From assembly GCA_034439575.1 (NCBI GenBank), contig JAWXAQ010000012.1:128001-192000 (forward strand): DNA of 64,000 nucleotides, written 5' to 3'. The position numbers and the translations under genes were made by a program. Below, piece after piece: positions 20,013 through 29,385 of this stretch. This DNA is from Leptospira sp. (lineage in GTDB: Bacteria > Spirochaetota > Leptospiria > Leptospirales > Leptospiraceae). The notes beneath the pieces were generated by a model, which made no database searches, had not been told where the DNA came from, and saw only the letters and a program-made list of their open reading frames with translations. Position 1 is the stretch's first letter. Each line of letters opens with the position of its first letter.

Positions 20013-20872
20013 TCAAATTTTGTTTTTTTACTCTATTTCTTTGTTTTCATTGTCATAAGGGAGCTAAACCAAATATAATAAATCCTATTTCTAAAAAAGT
20101 AGTCACAGAAGGGCTCGTCGGGATATTCGCGGTCCAAAACAAAGATACCTATGTTTTGCTACATGGATTTAAAGACCAGCATTCTGGTAAGTCGATTCCA
20201 CTTTTACTTGATACTGGTTCCGATCTAACTTTTTTATCAGATGAAAATATCACTAATGGTAAGCCCCTTTTATGGGAAGGAAATTCCTACTCATTTCCCA
20301 CACGAAGTGGCATTCTTCCAAATGAAATTCTAGGTGTTATTGGACTTGATTTTTTTCAGCAAACTTGCATTTGGTGGGAAGATGACACAATCGCAGTTTA
20401 CCGAGCGAGCTCAAGTGTTTGTTTGCGACCTCAAGCGTATTTCTCAACCAATTTAAAGCTTCTCTCAACTACGAAAAAAGATTCTTTCTATTATGTCCGT
20501 TTTTTTAAAGAAGAAAAAAAATACTGGGGTCTTGTGGATACAGGGGCGACAATTAGCCATTTGCCAGTAGAATTTGAAACGAATGCAGCGAGCCATGGCA
20601 AAAAAAACGTGTTTTTAGCCGGGGGCAAAATCCAAGAAGCCAATCTTTTCTTTAACGAAGCGCACCTTTATCTGGAAACTAAAGAGGGAAATTCGATTCC
20701 ATTCAAAGACTTTTATTTTCTAAATGGAATTTCACTTGAGCATTTGGATTTAACGAGAGAAAAGGATAGTGAGACGGTAGGAGTCATAGGTTTGGAATTA
20801 TTGCAAAGGTTCCCACTGTTTTGGGACTTTCAAAGAAATTCCATAGGACTTCTAAACCCTCCTATAAATTAA
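19976..20872 (+). CDS. Two-domain retropepsin-like aspartyl protease, possibly a lipoprotein
   Basis: LLLDTGS...GVIGLDF and GLVDTGA...GVIGLEL; hydrophobic N-terminus ending in Cys; start uncertain. Confidence 0.8.
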   Translation: MPKSELYQKTCLIKFCFFTLFLCFHCHKGAKPNIINPISKKVVTEGLVGIFAVQNKDTYVLLHGFKDQHSGKSIPLLLDTGSDLTFLSDENITNGKPLLWEGNSYSFPTRSGILPNEILGVIGLDFFQQTCIWWEDDTIAVYRASSSVCLRPQAYFSTNLKLLSTTKKDSFYYVRFFKEEKKYWGLVDTGATISHLPVEFETNAASHGKKNVFLAGGKIQEANLFFNEAHLYLETKEGNSIPFKDFYFLNGISLEHLDLTREKDSETVGVIGLELLQRFPLFWDFQRNSIGLLNPPIN

Positions 20873-20873
20873 C

Positions 20874-22010
20874 GTGAACACAAAAGAAAAAATTATCGTA
20901 GCAATGAGCGGTGGAGTTGATAGCGCAGTGGCCGCCGGTTTACTAATTGAACAAGGCTATGATGTAATCGGTGTTAATTTACGAACATGGGAGTATGAAG
21001 CGCCCGCTTGTGATACAACAAAAAAATCCTGTTGTTCCCCGGAAGATATTCGTGATGCGAGAGATGTTGGTCTTTCCTTAAAAATTCCTTTTTATGTAAT
21101 TAAGATGGAAAAGGTTTTTGGTGAAAGAGTGATCGAACGATTTATATCTGATTATAAAGACGGAAGGACTCCCAATCCTTGTGTCGAATGCAATACTTTC
21201 GTAAAGTTTGGTGCCTTATTTGAACAAGCAAAAAAGCTTGGCATATCAAAAATTGCCACTGGTCATTATGCAAGAACAATTGAGACAAATGGGCGATATG
21301 CGATCAGAAATGCAGTTGATCAAAAGAAAAATCAAGCCTATTATTTATATGGGCTCACTCAAGATAATATAAAATCCACAATATTCCCGCTAGGTGGTAT
21401 GGAAAAATCAGAAGTTAGAGATATCGCAAGACGAATGGGACTGACTGTTGCCGACAAAGCTGAGTCGCAAGAGATTTGTTTTATTCCAGAAAACGATTAT
21501 AGATCTTTTTTGAAGAAAAGTGGAGTGGAGTTTACACCTGGTTTTTTTAAATTAAAATCAGGTCAAATCATTGGCAAACATACTGGTAAAGAAGGTTTTA
21601 CAATCGGACAGAGGAAAGGATTGGGCATTGCTTGGAAAAATCCTCTCTATGTCATTGCTATCGAAGACGATGGAACTGTTATACTCGGCGAAGATGAGGA
21701 AACTTTTTGTGAGTCATTTGTATTAGAAGATATCACTTGTCAAGGGTTAGCTGATTTTCCAATCGGTGAGTCAATGGAGATGGATGTTCAGATTCGTTAC
21801 AGAAGTATTCCCGTTAGGTGTCTTGTGAAAAATCTAGGAAAGGAATGGCTGGTTACATTTATAGCGGATGTTAAAAGTGTAGCTCCCGGACAATCGGCAA
21901 CATTTTATCCGCCAGGAGGCGACTATTTGTTAGCTGGTGGAATTATCCAAAAAGGATCTATTTTGCATAAATCAAAAAGTCTAGCTGTATCTGGTAACAT
22001 GGGAATTTAA
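20874..22010 (+). CDS. mnmA: tRNA U34 2-thiouridylase
   Basis: AMSGGVDS, TPNPCVECN, ATGHYA, ESQEICF, FTIGQRKGL, APGQ. Confidence 0.97.
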   Translation: MNTKEKIIVAMSGGVDSAVAAGLLIEQGYDVIGVNLRTWEYEAPACDTTKKSCCSPEDIRDARDVGLSLKIPFYVIKMEKVFGERVIERFISDYKDGRTPNPCVECNTFVKFGALFEQAKKLGISKIATGHYARTIETNGRYAIRNAVDQKKNQAYYLYGLTQDNIKSTIFPLGGMEKSEVRDIARRMGLTVADKAESQEICFIPENDYRSFLKKSGVEFTPGFFKLKSGQIIGKHTGKEGFTIGQRKGLGIAWKNPLYVIAIEDDGTVILGEDEETFCESFVLEDITCQGLADFPIGESMEMDVQIRYRSIPVRCLVKNLGKEWLVTFIADVKSVAPGQSATFYPPGGDYLLAGGIIQKGSILHKSKSLAVSGNMGI

Positions 22011-22020
22011 GGAAACCTAT

Positions 22021-24273
22021 TTGAAATCAGTAGCAGATAAAACAATCCTCATCATTGGTGGTGGACTTTTACAAGTTCCTATCATTCAAACGGCAAAAAC
22101 CATGAAGTTAAAAACTTTGGTGGCAGATATGAATCCAAGTTCAATAGGATTTCAAATCGCTGATGAAAAAATCATCATGTCCACTAAGGATGTGGAAGGC
22201 ATGGTACGTGAAGCAAAACGTTACTGCCAATCAAATTCCATTCATGGGGTGATAACGGCAGGTACAGATGCTTCCATGACGGTTGCAGCAGTTGCTTCGG
22301 CAATTGGTTTACCTGGCATTCGTTTTGTGGATGCTGAGGCCGCATCCAATAAAGTAAAAATGCGACAAAGATTAAAAGAACATGGAATTCCTATTCCAGC
22401 ATTTGCGCCAGTTTGGTCTTTGCAAGATGCAAAGGATGCCATAAACCACCTAACTTTTCCTTTGGTGATGAAACCAGCAGATAATATGGGGGCCCGAGGG
22501 GTTATCAAAGTCAATGACAAGGATGAGATCCCACATGCTTTTCGTCATGCGAAGAAATTTTGTCCAACAGGTGAATTGATTTTAGAAGAATATATGGAAG
22601 GTCCTGAACTTTCCGTAGATGCTCTTGCCTTTCAGGGCCAAATTCGAATGACAGGAATTGCAGATCGAATCATCGAGAGAGAACCTTTTTTTATTGAAGT
22701 CGGACACAATATGCCTTCTCGTTTGCCAGAGAAAGTATTGATGGAAGTTGAAGATGTGATGGCTCGTGGGATGCGGGCGCTTGGGATACATTTGGGTGCT
22801 GGGAAAGGTGACATTAAAGTAACCAAAGACGGTGTAAAAATCGGAGAAATCGCCGCACGTCTGTCAGGTGGCTATATGTCTGCATTTACATACCCACTTT
22901 CTACAGGAGTAAATTTAAACAGAGCGGCACTTTTAATCGCACTTGGAGAAACACCAGACAATTTAGAACCCGTATTAAAGAGAGTATCCATAGAACGTTC
23001 GTTACTTGCAAGTCCTGGAAAATTGATCCAAATACATGGTGCCGAAGATGCAAAAAAAATTGATGGGGTAAACGAAGTATTTCTACAATCGAAGCCGGGT
23101 GACTTAATCAAAGAACCGACAAATAACATAGAAAAATCAGGTCATGTAATTATCACTGCGGACTCACTCGAAGAAGCAAATCTCGTTTTTGAAAAAGTAA
23201 AAAAAGTTATAAAATTTGAAGTCGATGAAATTTTTTCCATTTCAGAAAAAGAAATAAACGATGCAGCAAGGCTTAGATTTGGAAAAGAGATTTGCTGGGT
23301 TTGTAAAGTTTGTGATGGAATCAATTGTGCGTCTGGTGTCCCTGGAATGGGTGGTGTGGGACGTATGGAAACATTTCAAGACAATAACATTGCACTACAA
23401 GAATATCATATAGTTCCAAGTTATATTAGAGATCAGATAGCTCCTGTTATAGAAAGTAAATTCTTAGGGCTAACTTTAAAAACACCAATCATGTCTGCGC
23501 CTATGACTGGTGTTGGCACAAATATGAATTTTGTGATGACCGATCTTGATTATGCAGAACTCGTTACAAGAAGTTTTGTCCAAAATGGATCCATAGCTTG
23601 GTTAGGTGATGGTGCCAGTGTTGATAAGTATAAAATCATGATCCAGGCCTTAAAAAAAGTAGAGGGAAAAGGAATTTTAATTTGTAAACCTAGGGCTGAT
23701 GAGGGCCTTTTACATTCGCGTTTGCAGGAAGCTGAAAATGCAGGTATTTTTGCCGTCGGAATGGACATTGATGCTGTGAATTTTAAAACAATGGCGATCA
23801 AAAATTTAGGAAGTATTGCTCGTAACATTGAAAAATTATCAAAATTAAAAGCGACAGTTAAAATACCTTTTATATTAAAAGGTATTATGAGTTTAGATGA
23901 TGCTAAATTAGCAATGGATGCTGGGTTTGATGCGATCGTGGTATCAAATCATGGGGGACGGGTGTTAGATGGTCTACCTGGAACGGCTCGTGTATTACCA
24001 AAAATAGCAGAACTCTTAAAAGGAAAAATCCCTATACTCGTTGATGGGGGAATTCGTTCTGGCATGGATGTTTTTCGAATGATTGCCCTGGGTGCAGATC
24101 AGGTTTTACTCGGCAGACCGGTCGCTATATCTATTGTGGGTGGTGATGAAGCAGGCATACGATTTTTACTAAATCGTTATTCCGAAGAACTTCAACAAAC
24201 GATGAGTATAACGGGTGCAAAATCTCTCGTTGACATTAAATTTTCTATGCTAAGACACAAGTATTTAGGATAA
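22021..24273 (+). CDS. Fusion: ATP-grasp ligase plus FMN-dependent alpha-hydroxy-acid oxidase with CxxCxxC-x4-C motif
   Basis: VMKPADNMGARGV, EEYMEGPELSVD, GEIAARLSGG; then CWVCKVCDGINC, SAPMTG, VVSNHGGRVLDG, DGGIRSG, LGRP. Confidence 0.88.
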   Translation: MKSVADKTILIIGGGLLQVPIIQTAKTMKLKTLVADMNPSSIGFQIADEKIIMSTKDVEGMVREAKRYCQSNSIHGVITAGTDASMTVAAVASAIGLPGIRFVDAEAASNKVKMRQRLKEHGIPIPAFAPVWSLQDAKDAINHLTFPLVMKPADNMGARGVIKVNDKDEIPHAFRHAKKFCPTGELILEEYMEGPELSVDALAFQGQIRMTGIADRIIEREPFFIEVGHNMPSRLPEKVLMEVEDVMARGMRALGIHLGAGKGDIKVTKDGVKIGEIAARLSGGYMSAFTYPLSTGVNLNRAALLIALGETPDNLEPVLKRVSIERSLLASPGKLIQIHGAEDAKKIDGVNEVFLQSKPGDLIKEPTNNIEKSGHVIITADSLEEANLVFEKVKKVIKFEVDEIFSISEKEINDAARLRFGKEICWVCKVCDGINCASGVPGMGGVGRMETFQDNNIALQEYHIVPSYIRDQIAPVIESKFLGLTLKTPIMSAPMTGVGTNMNFVMTDLDYAELVTRSFVQNGSIAWLGDGASVDKYKIMIQALKKVEGKGILICKPRADEGLLHSRLQEAENAGIFAVGMDIDAVNFKTMAIKNLGSIARNIEKLSKLKATVKIPFILKGIMSLDDAKLAMDAGFDAIVVSNHGGRVLDGLPGTARVLPKIAELLKGKIPILVDGGIRSGMDVFRMIALGADQVLLGRPVAISIVGGDEAGIRFLLNRYSEELQQTMSITGAKSLVDIKFSMLRHKYLG

Positions 24274-24275
24274 TC

Positions 24276-25541
24276 ATGAATAAGGAAATTTCAGATCAGG
24301 ATGGAATACTCAAAGTCATTTCCGCACTTTTCGGAAAATTGCCTGTCACGATTGTTGCAGATGGAAAAGAAATTCCAGTCAAAGTCATTGCCCTAAAAAA
24401 CAAAGCTCTTATTATTAACACCATAGCAAAATTTCCATCTAAGGCTCGCATCCTAACACTCGTTCATAATGGAAACAAATTTGTTGCACAGTTAACTCTT
24501 ATTGGTGGCGACGGAAATGGTATCGAAATTTTACAGCCTTTAAAAATAACTATTTTACCTGCGACTAGACAAGGTAACAGGGTTGAGGTGAATCAATCTT
24601 CCAATGCAAATATGACGATTACAAATTTGATAAATGTAATCGATGTTACAAAAGCGATCGGATTTGATGATAAAAAAGTTGATGCGATTTTACTTGCATA
24701 TCGGAGTAAACTATCAAAGATTTACCCAAATTCATCTATTTATTTGGCGAGCCGCCCTGATAATAGACTCAGACTTATGCAACATTATGATAAGTCCATC
24801 TACATAGTTGATAGAAAAAGTAAAGCCACGGCAAATCCCGTTTATCTTCCGTTTGATGAATATTTAAGAATTTTTGATACTTCAAAACTTTCCGATGAAT
24901 TGATCTCTGAAATAGCGATTCCTTTGCGTTACAAAGGTTATGTGAGTTTGGGTTATGTTCAAATACTTTCAAATACTCCATTGGACAATGAAGCTTTTAG
25001 TCAGGTGCAATTATTTTCGCAAGCCGTGGCTCGAGATATCATTGCAACTGGTGTATTCCAAGAATCTAAAGAAATATGCCCAGTAGTTGACTTAAGTTCT
25101 GGTGGTATTAGTTTTTTACATGCACCTACTCGTGCCTTTAGTCGCAATGTAACAATGAATGGAACTATTATTTTTGATTTAATTATGAATCAAAATAGCC
25201 GTGCCACTTTCCGTGGTATCATTAAAAACATTCGTAACCAAGAAACTAATTATAGAGTAGGTTGCCAGTTTTACAATACGAACGTACGTGATTCGGAAAT
25301 CTTGGAAGAATTTCTCGGTATTACTCATCCCACAGAAGAAACCGCTGTTCCCGAAAGTAGTGAGACGTCTAACATAGAAGAAAACACCCAAATGGAAAAT
25401 GGGGATTACCAATTCAATGAAGAGAGTGTAAATTCTGAATCTTTAGAAGAATCGAACTTAGATAATTTAGAATTGCCGATGCCAGAAGATTCATTCAATG
25501 ATATTCCGCTTTCAACGGAAGAAAATGAAAAGCAAGACTGA
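24276..25541 (+). CDS. DUF1577/YcgR-like c-di-GMP receptor with split PilZ domain and acidic tail
   Basis: RQGNR (RxxxR) and DLSSGG (DxSxxG) separated by about 170 aa of GAF-like sequence; Glu/Asn-rich tail. Confidence 0.75.
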   Translation: MNKEISDQDGILKVISALFGKLPVTIVADGKEIPVKVIALKNKALIINTIAKFPSKARILTLVHNGNKFVAQLTLIGGDGNGIEILQPLKITILPATRQGNRVEVNQSSNANMTITNLINVIDVTKAIGFDDKKVDAILLAYRSKLSKIYPNSSIYLASRPDNRLRLMQHYDKSIYIVDRKSKATANPVYLPFDEYLRIFDTSKLSDELISEIAIPLRYKGYVSLGYVQILSNTPLDNEAFSQVQLFSQAVARDIIATGVFQESKEICPVVDLSSGGISFLHAPTRAFSRNVTMNGTIIFDLIMNQNSRATFRGIIKNIRNQETNYRVGCQFYNTNVRDSEILEEFLGITHPTEETAVPESSETSNIEENTQMENGDYQFNEESVNSESLEESNLDNLELPMPEDSFNDIPLSTEENEKQD

Positions 25542-25543
25542 TT

Positions 25544-26494
25544 TTGAAACCTTACGCGAGTTTTGTTCCAGAAAAATTTGATTCTTTTCCAGTTCATCAA
25601 TACCTATCTACAAGATTTCCCTACCACACGATAGAAGAATGGACCGACCTTATATTGACTGGTTCAGTCAGTATAAATGGTAATCTTGCTAGAGAATTAC
25701 AAATACTTACAAAGGGGGATGAAGTCTCTTATTTACCAAAAGGGTCAACGCATAGAGAGCCTCCAATAAATGCGGATTTTTCTATATTGTATGAATCGGA
25801 TTGTTTTTTGGTCGTAAATAAACCGCCTAACATTCCTGTTCATCCAGCTGGTCGCTACCGCACACATACACTTTTAAATCTTTTAGAAAATGAAAGGGGA
25901 ATTGGTACTTGTTATCCAGTTCATAGATTAGATAGGGAAACTTCAGGCGTGATGTTATTTGCTAAAAACAAAGAATATCAATTGTTATTGCAAAGTCTTT
26001 TTGAGACGAGAGAAGTTAAAAAAGTTTATGAAGTGTTTGTCTTTGGTAAATTGAAAGATTCTGTTATTGCAGAAGGATTTATTGGTAGAGATTCAAAATC
26101 AGAAATTCGGAAAAAACAAAAATTTGCAAAAGAGTTTTTTGACCAGTCAAAAGTTTGTTTCACTGAATTTCAAAATTTAGGTTACGATACAGAAAAGGAT
26201 ACTTCTCATTTACTTGCTAAACCATCGACTGGTAGAATTCACCAAATTCGCGCTACATTATATTCATTAGGATTTCCCGTCGTCGGTGACAAACTTTACG
26301 GGAAAAGAGAATCTGCATTTTTGGATTTTGTTAAGTTAGGTGAAAGCGAAACTTTATCAATAGAACTGGGTCATAATAGGCAAGCGTTGCATGCCAAAGA
26401 GATTAGTTTTTTTGACCCAATAGCACAAAAAGAATTTTTATTTGTGGCACCATTAACAAAAGATTTATGTCACTTGAGTAAGGCAGCTGATTAA
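25544..26494 (+). CDS. RluA/RluD family pseudouridine synthase
   Basis: VNKPPNIPVHP, VHRLDRETSG, TGRIHQIR, VVGDKLYG, ALHA. Confidence 0.93.
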   Translation: MKPYASFVPEKFDSFPVHQYLSTRFPYHTIEEWTDLILTGSVSINGNLARELQILTKGDEVSYLPKGSTHREPPINADFSILYESDCFLVVNKPPNIPVHPAGRYRTHTLLNLLENERGIGTCYPVHRLDRETSGVMLFAKNKEYQLLLQSLFETREVKKVYEVFVFGKLKDSVIAEGFIGRDSKSEIRKKQKFAKEFFDQSKVCFTEFQNLGYDTEKDTSHLLAKPSTGRIHQIRATLYSLGFPVVGDKLYGKRESAFLDFVKLGESETLSIELGHNRQALHAKEISFFDPIAQKEFLFVAPLTKDLCHLSKAAD

Positions 26495-26575
26495 ACTATG
26501 TCGCTAAATCATTTTTAAAAAACATTCCATTTCTTTTCACAATTGTACCGATCCTTTCATTAAGAAAGGAGGCTT

Positions 26576-27739
26576 TTGCAACGGATGGCAGAGGCAACAA
26601 AGTTACTACGCGATGAAAGTCGCTATTTATATGGAGAGTTTTGGACCGCAAAACAGCGGCAAGGTCATCCAATTCATCATACAATCAGTTATAGGGCTTC
26701 GTTTAAGCCAGAATTACCTGCTTTTTTTATAAAAGAATTATTGAAAAAAAAGAAAAGTATAGTTTATGATCCGTTTGGTGGGCGTGGTACAACGGCAGTT
26801 CAGGCAAATATAGAAGGTCATATCGCAATTCATAATGACATTCATCCATTATCAATATTTTTGGCGAGTGCTAGACAATATGTACCTTCTTTGGAAGAAC
26901 TTACTCGTAAAGTAGAGTCCCTCGATTTAAGTAAACTTTGTCCAGAGGAGCCAGAAGATGAAATGTTACTTCCATTTTATCATCCTAAAACTCTTTCTGA
27001 GATAAAAAATTTGAGGAAGATTCTCGCAGTTGATGATTCTCCATTAATGAGATTTATCGGACTTATCGCATTGTCTCGGTTACATGGACATAGCACAGGT
27101 TTTTTTTCTGTTTATACATTCCCGCAAGTTTCTATTCCATCTGATGCACAACGAAAGAATAATATAAAAAGAAACCAAATTCCGGAATATAGAGAAATTA
27201 AATCGCGAATCATTCAAAAAATGAAACGAGATCTTTCCGCACCTATGCCTCCTTTTTATCATGAATTCTCAAAGTTAAATCAGTATACACTCGCTTCGGC
27301 AAACCATGTGCCAGACATTCAATCCGGTAGTGTTGATTTAATTGTTACTTCCCCACCTTTCTTGGATAAGGTGGACTATGAAGGTGACAATTGGTTAAGA
27401 CATTGGTTTTTAAATATTCCTAAAAATAAAGAACGTAAGTTGAGTATTTTTAGCAATGTTGTGGAATGGAACCAGTTTATTAAATCTACGCTTATGGAAT
27501 CAGCTCGCATTTTGAAGAAAGGTGCGCATATGGTGATGGAAGTAGGTGAAGTGAAAAAAGGGAATCAGATCATTAATTTAGATGAAGATGTCGTCAATAT
27601 GGCAATAGGATCAGGCTTACAATGGGCAAAGACCTATATACATACACAACAATTTACTAAGTTATCCAATTGTTGGCAAGTATCGAACAATGAGAAGGGT
27701 ACCAATTCGAATCGATGTGTTGTACTTCGCAAAATTTAG
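26576..27739 (+). CDS. Orphan amino-methyltransferase (N4C/N6A DNA MTase-like)
   Basis: [10 protein letters not shown] (motif I) precedes IVTSPPF (motif IV); no adjacent nuclease. Confidence 0.8.
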   Translation: MQRMAEATKLLRDESRYLYGEFWTAKQRQGHPIHHTISYRASFKPELPAFFIKELLKKKKSIVYDPFGGRGTTAVQANIEGHIAIHNDIHPLSIFLASARQYVPSLEELTRKVESLDLSKLCPEEPEDEMLLPFYHPKTLSEIKNLRKILAVDDSPLMRFIGLIALSRLHGHSTGFFSVYTFPQVSIPSDAQRKNNIKRNQIPEYREIKSRIIQKMKRDLSAPMPPFYHEFSKLNQYTLASANHVPDIQSGSVDLIVTSPPFLDKVDYEGDNWLRHWFLNIPKNKERKLSIFSNVVEWNQFIKSTLMESARILKKGAHMVMEVGEVKKGNQIINLDEDVVNMAIGSGLQWAKTYIHTQQFTKLSNCWQVSNNEKGTNSNRCVVLRKI

Positions 27740-27804
27740 ATTTTTTATTTTATATTTCGGAATATTTAATGGATAATTACAAATTGTAAATTAGTCTAAA
27801 CATT

Positions 27805-28218
27805 ATGAATATGAGAAGAAATACTATCGGTTTTATCCTTTTGAGCATGATGTTTTCAATTTTTTCAGCATCTGCACAAACGATAAGTAATCATCCTATC
27901 ACTATATCTCTGAAAAAGGAAATGGACGGAAAGTATAACTTACTATTAGAACTTCCACCAAATTATGGATTTCAAAGAGAAGCACCTCATAAAATTTTAT
28001 TGTCAGGAACTAATGGTGTAAAAGTGAAAAAGGCGGATTTAAAATTGAATGGACCCATACATCCAAGTAAATCCGAATATTATGAATTTGTAAAACCTAT
28101 GCCGATTGAACTTTCCGGCAAAGGTAAGTTAGATGTAAATGCTAAGATTTACTATTGCAATTTTGTAAAGAACATCTGTATTCCAGCCAAATTAAACGAA
28201 ACACTCGACATTCCTTAA
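27805..28218 (+). CDS. mpl17: MPL17-like exported protein
   Basis: Signal peptide; GFQREAPHKILL, ADLKL.G, KIYYCNFVKNICIP resemble Leptospira MPL17 as recalled. Confidence 0.65.
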   Translation: MNMRRNTIGFILLSMMFSIFSASAQTISNHPITISLKKEMDGKYNLLLELPPNYGFQREAPHKILLSGTNGVKVKKADLKLNGPIHPSKSEYYEFVKPMPIELSGKGKLDVNAKIYYCNFVKNICIPAKLNETLDIP

Positions 28219-28238
28219 TGTATTATTGTATCAGTGGT

Positions 28239-28703
28239 CTACTCAAGACCACTGGTAACTAATTGTTTTAAATCCTTCTTTTGAATCTGGTAAAGAAAAA
28301 AATAACGACCACCGATAGAAATATTTTTATCTAATATTTTCCCTTCTTTAGATATATCTCTAAGTTCTTTTTTACCTTTTTCAGAAAGAATTGGTGGAGC
28401 ATATGTTTTTAATAAATTTAAAGCTTTGTGTTCTGCAATCGTCTTAGCTTCTGCTAACCGGCCTTCAGCGTCAGTCAATACACTTGAAATGGCCACTTGA
28501 AAGAGGGAACTCGTGATAAATCCTTCTTTTGCTTTTGTAAACTCGATCACTTCGGGAGAATTTTCTTTGTTTTCTTCAACCGCTTCTATCGTCTCTACTG
28601 GCTTTTTGTTTTCTTGGGTAGGAGCTGTTTTGCAATTCAGAATCAAAGTGAAAATGCTTAAGCTAACGAGGATTATTGTTTTTGTATTGTTTTTCTGATT
28701 CAT
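28239..28703 (-). CDS. Putative lipoprotein
   Basis: Spirochaetal lipobox LILNC. Confidence 0.8.
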   Translation of the reverse strand: MNQKNNTKTIILVSLSIFTLILNCKTAPTQENKKPVETIEAVEENKENSPEVIEFTKAKEGFITSSLFQVAISSVLTDAEGRLAEAKTIAEHKALNLLKTYAPPILSEKGKKELRDISKEGKILDKNISIGGRYFFLYQIQKKDLKQLVTSGLE

Positions 28704-29370
28704 TTAAAATACTCTCTTCCTTTCTATAGATGGAATCTGGGATTGACGTGCTCTCCACCTTTGCATAGAGATCTTCCTGAATAATCCTAAATAGGAAAGC
28801 ACATTTTGATTTGTTTGTATAATCTTCTTTATACAGATTTAAATCCTTAAAAAACCACGAAAAATTTTGGATGTAGGGTATTTGCTCGGTAATATTAATT
28901 TTTTCAGCAGGCTTCTGTGTAATAGGATTATTAGTTAGTTGGTTTTGATTTGTTTGGGTATTTGTGTTCGTTGTAGTTCCTGTGACTCCAGGGATTAATG
29001 CACCACCCGGAAGATTGGAATTTTGTGCATCTTTTTGCGTTTGTAAAATTCTCGCCTTTCCTTCTTTCGTTTGATTGTATCGTTCAATGCTATCACCAAA
29101 TCGGTATTTGTCTCTATGAACTTCGATTAGATATGGGAGTGCCACTTCTTCTCGTTTTAAAAGTGCCAATTTTTTACATTCAGCTCTTTTTTCTTTGCCA
29201 GAAAGTTCTTTGGATGGGTATAGAATTTCAATTTTGATCTGAAAGAATTCTCTTGAGATAAACCCTTGGTCGCTTTCATTTTGCAATGCATGTTCTACAA
29301 GGGATGGGTCAGAAGGTCGAAAAGAGGAACATGAGAAACAAAAGAGAAAAATTAGAAGTTTACGATTCAT
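28663..29370 (-). CDS. Putative lipoprotein, likely paralogue of the downstream gene
   Basis: Lipobox CFSC; T/N/Q low-complexity insert; shares motifs with 28239-28703. Confidence 0.78.
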   Translation of the reverse strand: MNRKLLIFLFCFSCSSFRPSDPSLVEHALQNESDQGFISREFFQIKIEILYPSKELSGKEKRAECKKLALLKREEVALPYLIEVHRDKYRFGDSIERYNQTKEGKARILQTQKDAQNSNLPGGALIPGVTGTTTNTNTQTNQNQLTNNPITQKPAEKINITEQIPYIQNFSWFFKDLNLYKEDYTNKSKCAFLFRIIQEDLYAKVESTSIPDSIYRKEESILNESEKQYKNNNPR

Positions 29371-29385
29371 TTTCCTCTCTCAGGA

